Assembly (NCBI GenBank): GCA_964016885.1
Contig: OZ024740.1
Coordinates: 430,528,001-430,592,000 of the forward strand
Reading direction: 5' to 3'
Source: Eledone cirrhosa
Lineage: Eukaryota
DNA length: 64,000 nucleotides
The notes under the pieces were generated by a model, which had not been told where the DNA came from, did not search any database, and saw nothing but the letters and a program-made list of their open reading frames with translations. Below, piece after piece: positions 1-9,029 of the stretch (its first letter is position 1; each line of letters starts with the position of its first letter). The position numbers were made by a program, and so were the translations under genes.

Positions 1-34
1 GCTAAAAAGCATGTAGTCCGACGCTCTACCGAGC
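1..34 (-). other. possible fragment of a tRNA-derived SINE head (D-arm/A-box-like), truncated at window edge
   Basis: Minus strand reads GCTCGGTAGAGCGTCGGACTACATGC, resembling the tRNA D-loop motif (TCGGTAGAGCG) plus the 5' half of an anticodon stem; too short to confirm. Confidence 0.25.
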
Positions 35-452
35 ATATAATAATAATAATACTAAACATGATTCCATAGCGACAGAAAGAATTGTGTACTCCCAAAAACA
101 TTAGACTGTATTTTGAACCTTTTGGATAGAAATTTGCAAACTAGAGTTCCTTGTTCAATGACCTCCACAGGTAAGGAAATAAACAAGATATGACAGTTTT
201 GTCATCTATTTGAGGTCAACCAAATAGATACCAGTGACACTGAGGCTCTACTTCATAGAACTACAACACTATAGTAGCTACAGAGATGACAATTCCACTA
301 AAGCAACTAGATGTCAGAAAGTCATTAGCTGTCTAATTAATTATCCAATTTTAAAATCCTACGCTGAAGGAAAGGAAAGTAGATCTGAAAACTAAAACAG
401 TAGAAATTTTAACTAAATACTAATACAAAAGTGAACTCTTTAATTCTGCTAG

Positions 453-2373
453 ATATAATATATTACAGCCAGTATATATAATATATTACAGCCAGTATAT
501 AATATATTACAGCCAGTATATATAATATATTACAGCCAGTATATATAATATATTACAGCCAGTATATATAATATATTACAGCCAGTATATATAATATATT
601 ACAGCCAGTATATATAATATATTACAGCCAGTATATAATATATTACAGCCAGTATATATAATATATTACAGCCAATATATAATATATTACAGCCAGTAAA
701 TAATATATTACAGCCAGTATATATAATATATTACAGCCATATATATATTAAAGCCAGTATATATAATATATTAAAGCCAGTATATATAATATATTACAGC
801 CAGTATATAATATATTAAAGCCAGTATATATAATATATTACAGCCAGTATATAATATATTACAGCCAGTATATATAATATATTACAGCCATATATATATT
901 AAAGCCAGTATATATAATATATTAAAGCCAGTATATATAATATATTACAGCCAGTATATAATATATTACAGCCAGTATATATAATATATTACAGCCATAT
1001 ATATAATATATTACAGCCAGTATATATAATATATTACAGCCAGTATATAAAATATTACAGCCAGTATATATAATATATTACAGCCAGTATATATAATATA
1101 TTACAGCCAGTATATATAATATATTACAGCCAGTATATATAATATATTACAGCCAGTATATATAATATATTACAGCCAGTATATAATATATTACTGCCAG
1201 TATATATAATATATTACAGCCAGTATATATAATATATTACAGCCAGTATATATAATATATTACAGCCAGTATATAATATATTACAGCCAGTATATATAAT
1301 ATATTACAGCCAGTATATATAATATATTACAGCCAGTATATATAATATATTACAGCCAGTATATATAATATATACAGCCAGTATATAATATATTCCTGCC
1401 AGTATATATAATAAATTACAGCCAGTATATATAATATATTACAGCCAGTATATATAATATATTACAGCCAGTATATAATATATTACAGCCAGTATATATA
1501 ATATATTACAGCCAGTATATAATATATTACAGCCAGTATATAATATATTACAGCCAGTATATAATATATTACAGCCAGTATATATAATATATTACAGCCA
1601 GTATATATAATATATTACAGCCATATATATAATATATTAAAGCCAGTATATATAATATATTAAAGCCAGTATATATAATAGATTACAGACAGTATATATA
1701 ATATATTACAGCCAGTCTATATAATATATTACAGCCAGTATATAATATATTACAGCCAGTATATAATATATTACTGCCAGTATATATAATAAATTACAGC
1801 CAGTATATATAATAAATTACAGCCAGTATATATAATATATTACAGCCAGTATATATAATATATTACAGCCAGTATATAATATATTACAGCCAGTATATAT
1901 AATATATTACAGCCAGTATATAATATATTACAGCCAGTATATATAATCTATTACAGCCAGTATATATAATATATTACAGCCAGTATATATAATATATTAC
2001 AGCCAGTATATATAATATATTACAGCCAGTATATATAATATATTACAGCCAGTATATATAATATATTACAGCCAGTATATATAATATATACAGCCAGTAT
2101 ATATAATATATTACAGCCAGTATATAATATATTACAGCCAGTATATATAATATATTACAGCCATATATATAATATATTACAGCCAGTATATATAATAGAT
2201 TACAGCCAGTATATATAATAGATTACAGACAGTATATATAATATATTACAGCCAGTATATAATATATTACAGCCAGTATATAATATATTACAGCCAGTAT
2301 ATAGAATAAATTACAGCCAGTATATATAATATATTACAGCCAGTATATAAAATATTACAGCCAGTATATAATA
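453..2373 (+). repeat. 23/21-bp tandem satellite, block 1
   Basis: Continuous head-to-tail TATTACAGCCAGTATA(TA)TAATA monomers; abrupt start after unique AT-rich DNA at ~453. Confidence 0.98.
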
Positions 2374-2606
2374 ATGAAATTATTGTGTACAGTGCTCAGG
2401 TGCACTACAACTCATCAAAGGTGCATGTATAGTACATAGAATAATGTACAAATGTCAGGAAAATAAACAGTGTATGAGTCATGATATAATAACAATAACA
2501 ATAATGAAATATTGTGCACAGTGCCCAGGTGCACCACAACCCATCAAAAAAGTGCATGTACAGTACATAGGGCAATGCACAAACATCAGTAAAATGAACA
2601 GTGCAC
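2371..2606 (-). repeat. CR1 3' UTR made of two diverged ~130-bp tandem modules, each with a stem-loop and TTA-type tail
   Basis: ATAATGAAAT..GTG(T/C)ACAGTGC(T/C)CAGGTGCAC..CATCAAA..GTGCATGTA..AGTACATAG..AACAGTG occurs at 2371 and again at 2501 (period 130). Confidence 0.85.
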
Positions 2607-2636
2607 ACATGTGTGCATGTGTATGGAAGGGGCACA

Positions 2637-5402
2637 TCAGGTGTAGTTTTGGCGTATTTCAGGAAGCATGAGTGTCTTAAAGGATGCAGTGTCTCGGCAG
2701 CTAACAATTGACGCAGGCAGTTTGTTCCATGTTTCAGCAACTCTGAGCGTGAAAAAATGTCTGCGAAAGTCATGGGAGCTGTGCTGTTTTCTTATCTTGT
2801 AGGCATGTCCACGTGTGTTAGATACATGGAGATCAAAGAGGCGCTCAGGGTTGCAGTTGGCGAGATGGTTAAAAACTTTGTGGGTATTCACCAAGTCCAC
2901 TGCCAGACGTCGGAGCTTCAATGAATCCATGCCCAGGGAAGCAAGGCGTTCAGAGTATGGTAGGTGTCTGATGGAGGGTATGCGCTTGGTTGCACGTCTC
3001 TGAACAGTTTCCAGGAGGTCAATGTTCCGAGCAAGATAGGGGTTCCAGACTGATGATGCGAATTCCAAGTGTGGTCGCACCATAGCTGTATACAGTTTTA
3101 AATAGATGGCTGGAGAGCGGCTAACAAAGGTCTTGCTGAGTGATGCCAAGACACCCTCGGCCTTCTTGACAATCTTAGAGACATGCTTTGTCCAACGCAA
3201 ATCGTTGCCGACAGTAATGCCCAGGTCACGTTCACAAGAGGACTTTTTGATGTCAGTGTTGTGGAGGGAGTATGTGGACGCTGGATTTTTCCTTCCAAAA
3301 TGCATGGTGGTACACTTGTCCACAGCCAGCTTCAGTTGCCAGTCTGTGATCCATTGCTGCATTGTGTCCAGGTCTGATTGTAGGAAAGAGTTGTAAATTT
3401 CAGGATCAGTCCTTTTGATTTCAAGGTACAGCTTGATGTCATCTGCATATTTTAGTACCGTGGCATTCTGTAAGTTGGCATCTATGTCATTAATATATGC
3501 CACAAACAAAAGAGGACCAAGAACAGATCCCTGTGGTACACCAGATGACATCTCATATGGTGAAGAATGCTGTCCTAGAACTGTGACTACTTCCTTTCGG
3601 CTGAGAATGAAGGATTTCAGCCAGTCGAAAAGATCATCCCTCACACCCATTGCAGAGAGTTTTGCCATAAGTCTTTTGTGTGGCACAGAATTAAAAGCCT
3701 TAGCAAAGTCAAGGTAAACAACATCCACCCATGAGCCGCTGTCAGTGATCCGGGTGATGTCCTCAAGGAACTCGATAAGCTGATCACAGCAGCTGGAGTT
3801 AGGGATAAATCCAAACTGTGAGGGCCGGATGAGGCTGTGAGAGCTCCAGAAGTTCCAAAGTGTTTCTCTGACACAGGATTCCATCAGTTTGGCCATACAG
3901 CTAGTAAGACTGACTGGACGATAGTTGACAGGTGACATGCGGTTGCCCTTTTTGAACAGGGGAATGACACTGGCAGTTTTCCACTGCTCTGGAGTAGCAC
4001 CATTGCTGAGACAGTATTGAAAGAAAAAAGAAAGCTGGCGCAAAAGGAAATCCCCGCCACGTTTGAGAAGCAGGTATGTCACACCATCAAGACCAGGGGA
4101 GGCATAGTTGCGCTTATTCTTAAGGTGACGTCGCAACATTGCAGGTGTAAATTCCATAGTTGTTATGGAATTTGATGTTAGAGATGGTGGAGATGGTACA
4201 TTCTGGTTTTCAACAGTAAAAATACTTGCATAGCACTCAGCAATGAGTTCTGCGCATTCCTTGGGATCGTCAGTGATCTGGCTTGTGTGGGGATTGCGAA
4301 GAGGACCAACTGGAGAGTGAGGTCTCTGCTTTGAATGAACATATTTCCAGAACACCTTACTGTCGGGATTGGTTGCGATGCACTGTTCAAATTCAAGCAC
4401 TGCCTTCTTTGTCACTTGCTTGAGATGGTTAGAAGATTTATTCCGCTTTTTTCTGTTGGCATCTGATCTATGCAGTTTATATTCCCGTTCAGCGTTCCGA
4501 CGTTCTTTCCTGGCAAGTCGGACTGCTGAAGTTTCCCAGATTGCACTTTTGGGGTGGTTATTTTTCCGCTTCCGTGGCACTGATGCTGCACACGCTATCC
4601 ATATTGAGTCCAGGATGCTCTGGAGTATAGAGTTCACATCTCCAGAGTTATACATCTCATGCCAGTTTGGGCGCTGTAGCTCAGTGCAGTACAAGTTCCA
4701 ATCTGCCCTCTTCCAATCAAAGCGAGCAGATTGGAGATGGCTCTGGTTTTTGTTGCTGCCCTCAAGTGCCAGATTGGCAATGATCATAGCATGATCAGAG
4801 TCGCCTAGAGGTTCCTCAGTAGTACAACTGATAACCACTTCAGGAGTAGTGGTGAAGATCAGGTCCAAAGTGTTGTCACCTCTTGTTGGAGAGGTGACTA
4901 CTTGTGACCAGTTTGAGTCCAGCACTAGTTCAAGGAAATCGTTTGCACCCTGTGGCCAACGAAAGGTTTCCCAATCGATCTCAGGATGATTGAAGTCACC
5001 TGCAATAAACACATAAGTGGCTGTTTTCTTGGCAGCAACTCTGAGGATATCGCAAAGCTGTGTGTCCTGATGGTAGTTTGGGGGGCGATAAACAACACCA
5101 AGCAGAAGTGTTGACATGGTCATACGTATGTCACAGAAAAAAACTTCTTCCTGTGATTCGTTCAAATCAACGCAAGGAATTACCGAAAAGTTTGAACGAA
5201 CGTAGACCATCACACCACCACCACGGCGGTTAATGCGGTCCTTGCGGAAAAGGTTGTACCCAGTAATGGTGAAAACCCCATCACAGAGTAAGGAATGTGC
5301 CCATGTTTCCGTGACTGTGATGAAGTCAGGGTCGATGCTTCTGACGTAGGATTCGAACAGATGTATCTTGTTGCATAAACTGCGAGCATTTAAGGACAAC
5401 AA
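2637..5402 (-). CDS. CR1 ORF2: apurinic-like endonuclease + reverse transcriptase (no AUG start; frame open up to 5510)
   Basis: APE motifs LNARSL, TETW, GGGV, VYRPP, AGDFN, LDLIF, SDH; RT motifs YRPVSLTS, QFGF, YLDFAKAF, GVPQGSVLGP, YADD; CR1-type C-terminus VRPHLEFASSVWNP, QRRATK, TRGH, WNKLP. 921 codons uninterrupted. Confidence 0.96.
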   Translation of the reverse strand: MLSLNARSLCNKIHLFESYVRSIDPDFITVTETWAHSLLCDGVFTITGYNLFRKDRINRRGGGVMVYVRSNFSVIPCVDLNESQEEVFFCDIRMTMSTLLLGVVYRPPNYHQDTQLCDILRVAAKKTATYVFIAGDFNHPEIDWETFRWPQGANDFLELVLDSNWSQVVTSPTRGDNTLDLIFTTTPEVVISCTTEEPLGDSDHAMIIANLALEGSNKNQSHLQSARFDWKRADWNLYCTELQRPNWHEMYNSGDVNSILQSILDSIWIACAASVPRKRKNNHPKSAIWETSAVRLARKERRNAEREYKLHRSDANRKKRNKSSNHLKQVTKKAVLEFEQCIATNPDSKVFWKYVHSKQRPHSPVGPLRNPHTSQITDDPKECAELIAECYASIFTVENQNVPSPPSLTSNSITTMEFTPAMLRRHLKNKRNYASPGLDGVTYLLLKRGGDFLLRQLSFFFQYCLSNGATPEQWKTASVIPLFKKGNRMSPVNYRPVSLTSCMAKLMESCVRETLWNFWSSHSLIRPSQFGFIPNSSCCDQLIEFLEDITRITDSGSWVDVVYLDFAKAFNSVPHKRLMAKLSAMGVRDDLFDWLKSFILSRKEVVTVLGQHSSPYEMSSGVPQGSVLGPLLFVAYINDIDANLQNATVLKYADDIKLYLEIKRTDPEIYNSFLQSDLDTMQQWITDWQLKLAVDKCTTMHFGRKNPASTYSLHNTDIKKSSCERDLGITVGNDLRWTKHVSKIVKKAEGVLASLSKTFVSRSPAIYLKLYTAMVRPHLEFASSVWNPYLARNIDLLETVQRRATKRIPSIRHLPYSERLASLGMDSLKLRRLAVDLVNTHKVFNHLANCNPERLFDLHVSNTRGHAYKIRKQHSSHDFRRHFFTLRVAETWNKLPASIVSCRDTASFKTLMLPEIRQNYT

Positions 5403-5468
5403 TTTGTACCCTGCTCGCAGTTTATGATGGTGTGTAGAGGGTGGCAGGTTGTTCTGGTTTAGTTTCCC
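5374..5468 (-). promoter_or_regulatory. candidate -1 ribosomal frameshift signal: G_GGA_AAC heptamer (5468-5462) before ORF1 stop, plus 15-bp stem (5426-5412 / 5388-5374)
   Basis: ORF1 ends ctG GGA AAC TAA; the -1 frame (GGG AAA CTA AAC CAG...) is the ORF2 frame; CATAAACTGCGAGCA and TGCTCGCAGTTTATG are exact reverse complements separated by 23 nt. Confidence 0.6.
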
Positions 5469-6820
5469 AGAGTTGTAGCAGTGTTTACATTGCCAGTTAT
5501 TGTGGGTAGATCACACTCAGACCAGCTGGTATCTCTCTTCCACGTTTCACCAGCCTTGACAAACCTCCAGATCTGCCCATCATCACGCAGACTTAAACTT
5601 TCATCTTGTGCTGAGTTCCGATTCAAGGAAGCTGCAGCACGTAGTTTTGGACGTACATGGGGTGGTAGGCCTGGGCGTGTTCGGAAGGTAATCCGATTTT
5701 CACGCCCAGCTTTAGCAGAGGCCAGATGATATGAGGTTGCCTCTGCGGGGTCCGAGAAAGACAGCCTGATGAGTCTGGGTTTTGGACCAGGTCGACCAAG
5801 GCGGAGGGCACCCTTTGGGGGAACACAGCCTAGGTCTTTGGCCGAGCTGGCAGCAAATGCCTGAAGATCGGCCTTGTCCTCTGGTACCCCAATGGCAATC
5901 ACTTCATGGGTAGCAGATTCCGCAGTCTTTTCAGTCTTTCCAGCAAGAGGTACAGGGAGATTCTTTAGCAAGGCATTCCGATAAGACCCCTCATTGTGGG
6001 GTCCTACCCGAATGCTTGCCTCTATTCCTGCAACTTCCCTTCTCAGAGCAGAAATCATTAGTTGCAGTTCCGCAAAATCTGTACTGGTCGGTTGTTGTTG
6101 TTGTTGCTGCTGCTGCTGGCGTTGTTGGTGTTCCTCCACGGGAATGGCAGGGGAGGACACAGTCGCAGGTTGTTGCTGTTGTTGTTGTTGTTGGTGATGA
6201 TGATGTTCCTCCACGGGAATGGCAGGGGAGGACACAGTCGCAGGTTGTTGCTGTTGTTGTTGTTGGTGATGATGATGTTCCTCCACGGGAATGTTAGGGG
6301 AAGACACAGTCACCAGTTGTTGGTGTCGAGATGTACTGGGAGTGGAAGACATGGGTTGTTGTTGTTTCTGATGTTCTCCCACAGGAATAACAGTAGAAGC
6401 CAGTGTCATAGGTTTTTGCCGTTGTTCAGTAACAATGGTAGAGGAAGACACAGTCATTGGTTTTTGTTGTTGTTGTTGTTTTTCAATAACATTAATAACA
6501 TTCGTGGAGGCAGGCACACAGGCCAGACACTGAAAGGACCAGGATTTTAGCTGGACCATCTCCCATATTCCATCCATCATAGCATTATGATGTCTCTTTT
6601 TTGGGCCTGGGATCCTCCGGAAGCCTGTGGCGCATTGAAGGCAGACAGAGATGCGACAGGTTCCACATTCGACCCAGCGATTACGGAACGAGTTTTCGGG
6701 TTCCGCACAGATATGGCAGATGTGATTTTCTGGGCAATGTTCTATCTTGGGACATCGACCGGTTTTGTCGCATATTTCATCGATGGATATCACCATGGCA
6801 ATTTTGTTATTTCTACCCAT
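5459..6820 (-). CDS. CR1 ORF1 (N-terminal PHD-like Zn finger, Gln/His-rich repeat linker, coiled coil, RRM-like domain)
   Basis: First ATG at 6820 (MGRNNKIA); CHIC..WVECGTC..CLQC..CLAC finger (6718-6518); FAELQLMISALRREVAGIEASI heptads; SYRNAL, VIAIGVPE, LRLGR..KPRLIRLSF motifs typical of LINE ORF1p; lies directly upstream of ORF2. Confidence 0.9.
   Translation of the reverse strand: MGRNNKIAMVISIDEICDKTGRCPKIEHCPENHICHICAEPENSFRNRWVECGTCRISVCLQCATGFRRIPGPKKRHHNAMMDGIWEMVQLKSWSFQCLACVPASTNVINVIEKQQQQQKPMTVSSSTIVTEQRQKPMTLASTVIPVGEHQKQQQPMSSTPSTSRHQQLVTVSSPNIPVEEHHHHQQQQQQQPATVSSPAIPVEEHHHHQQQQQQQQPATVSSPAIPVEEHQQRQQQQQQQQQPTSTDFAELQLMISALRREVAGIEASIRVGPHNEGSYRNALLKNLPVPLAGKTEKTAESATHEVIAIGVPEDKADLQAFAASSAKDLGCVPPKGALRLGRPGPKPRLIRLSFSDPAEATSYHLASAKAGRENRITFRTRPGLPPHVRPKLRAAASLNRNSAQDESLSLRDDGQIWRFVKAGETWKRDTSWSECDLPTITGNVNTATTLGN
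6091..6480 (-). repeat. in-frame 72-75-bp coding minisatellite in ORF1 (TVSSPAIPVEEH(n)Q(n)PA)
   Basis: TTCCTCCACGGGAATG recurs at 6131, 6206, 6278 with CAA/CAG and CAT tracts; more degenerate copies to ~6480. Confidence 0.9.
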
Positions 6821-7076
6821 CCGTAGAAAAACACAGAATGTAAACAATATAGGTTTAGCGCACTTGATTACGATAGAAATAAAATGTCTGTTTTTTTGTG
6901 TATTTTGTTTCCGTTTTCCTAAATGTTGTGTGTGTACAGAAGAGTCTGAATTACTTTACATGTAAACAAATAAATATGCTGCGTAAGTTAAATGAAACGT
7001 ACTGTAGAAGGCAGTTGATTATTAACAGCGAATAACGTTTTTTTTTTTTTTTTTTTTCCCCCTGATACTGCTTCTT

Positions 7077-8610
7077 TATATAATATATTACAGCCAGTAT
7101 ATATAATATATTACAGCCAGTATATATAATATATTACAGCCAGTATATATAATATATTACAGCCAGTATATAATATATTACAGCCAGTATATATAATATA
7201 TTACAGCCAGTACATATAATATATTACAGCCAGTATATAATATATTACAGCCAGTATATATAATATATTACAGCCAGTACATATAATATATTACAGCCAG
7301 TACATATAATATATTACAGCCAGTACATATAATATATTACAGCCAGTACATATAATATATTACAGCCAGTACATATAATATATTACAGCCAGTATATATA
7401 ATATATTACAGCCAGTATATATAATATATTACAGCCAGTACATATAATATATTACAGCCAGTACATATAATATATTACAGCCAGTATATATAATATATTA
7501 CAGCCAGTATATATAATATATTACAGCCAGTATATAATATATTACAGCCAGTACATATAATATATTACAGCCAGTATATATAATATATTACAGCCAGTAT
7601 ATATAATATATTACAGCCAGTATATATAATATATTACAGCCAGTATATATAATATATTACAGCCAGTACATATAATATATTACAGCCAGTATATATAATA
7701 TATTACAGCCAGTATATAATATATTACAGCCAGTACATATAATATATTACAGCCAGTATATATAATATATTACAGCCAGTACATATAATATATTACAGCC
7801 AGTACATATAATATATTACAGCCAGTATATAATATATTACAGCCAGTATATATAATATATTACAGCCACTATATATAATATATTACAGCCAGTATATATA
7901 ATATATTACAGCCAGTATATATAATATATTACAGCCAGTATATAATATATTACAGCCAGTACATATAATATATTACAGTCAGTATATATAATATATTACA
8001 GCCAGTATATATAATATATTACAGCCAGTATATATAATATATTACAGCCAGTATATATAATATATTACAGCCAGTATATAATATATTACAGCCAGTATAT
8101 AATATATTTCAGCCAGTATATATAATATATTACAGCCAGTATATAATATATTACAGCCAGTATATAATATATTACAGCCAGTATATATAATATATTACAG
8201 TCAGTATATAATATATTACAGCCAGTATATAATATATTACAGCTAGTATATATAATATATTACAGCCAGTATATAATATATTACAGCCAGTATGTAATAT
8301 ATTACAGCCAGTATATATAATATATTACAGCCAGTATATATTATATTACAGCCAGTATATAATATATTACAGCCAGTCTATATAATATATTACAGCCAGT
8401 ATATAATATATTACAGCCAGTATATAATATATTACAGCCAGTCTATATAATATATTATAGCCAGTATATAATATATTACAGCCAGTATATATAATATATT
8501 ATAGCCAGTATATATTATATTACAGCCAGTATATAATATATTAAAGCAAGTATATAATATATTAAAGCCAGTATATATAATATATTACAGCCAGTATATA
8601 TAATATATTA
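7077..8610 (+). repeat. 23/21-bp tandem satellite, block 2
   Basis: Same monomer as block 1, rich in GTACAT variants. Confidence 0.98.
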
Positions 8611-8785
8611 TATATACTGGCTGTAATATATTATATATACTGGCTGTAATATATTATATATACTGGCTGTAATATATTATATATACTGACTGTAATATAT
8701 TATATATACTGGCTGTAATATATTATATATACTGGCTGTAATATATTATATGTACTGGCTGTAATATATTATATACTGGCTGTAA
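8601..8785 (-). repeat. inverted satellite block (~8 monomers)
   Basis: TATATACTGGCTGTAATATATTA units, the reverse complement of the monomer; switch occurs at the palindrome TAATATATTA at 8601-8610. Confidence 0.97.
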
Positions 8786-9029
8786 CATGATATAATAACA
8801 ATAACAATAATGTACAAATGTCAGGAAAATGAACAGTGTATGAGTCATGATATAATAACAATAACAATAATGAAATATTGTGTACAGTGCCCAGGTGCAC
8901 CACAACTCATCAAAAAAGTGCATGTACAGTACATAGGGCAATGCACAAACATCAGTAAATGAACAGTGCACGAGTCATGATACACACATGTGTGCATGTG
9001 TATGGAAGGGGTACATCAGGTGTAGTTTT
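8786..9029 (-). mobile_element. 5'-truncated, rearranged CR1 fragment (3' UTR plus last few ORF2 codons)
   Basis: Matches copy 1 at ~2440-2650 (TGTACAAATGTCAGG...CATCAGGTGTAGTTTT); true 3' terminus missing; CATGATATAATAACAATAACAATAATG present twice (8786, 8846). Confidence 0.93.

Larger units (their letters stand above)
2374..7076 (-). mobile_element. CR1-clade non-LTR retrotransposon (LINE), apparently full length, copy 1
   Basis: 5' UTR, PHD/RRM-type ORF1, APE-RT ORF2, 3' UTR ending ATTTCATTATTA; flanked by TATATAATA at 2365-2373 and 7077-7085, whose collapse restores a perfect 21-bp monomer (TSD). Confidence 0.95.

Noticed and set aside
36-452. Unique AT-rich flank with a CAG|GTAAG splice-donor-like site near 170
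   Set aside because: No ORF or other supporting exon evidence; such a motif is expected by chance.
453-2373. Satellite as a telomeric repeat
   Set aside because: No TTAGGG/TTAGG-like G-rich unit; nothing in the window indicates a chromosome end.
2405-6965. Numerous short ORFs overlapping or antisense to the CR1 ORFs and 3' UTR
   Set aside because: Shadow frames with no recognisable motifs; their recurrence at 61818-63817 only reflects copy identity.
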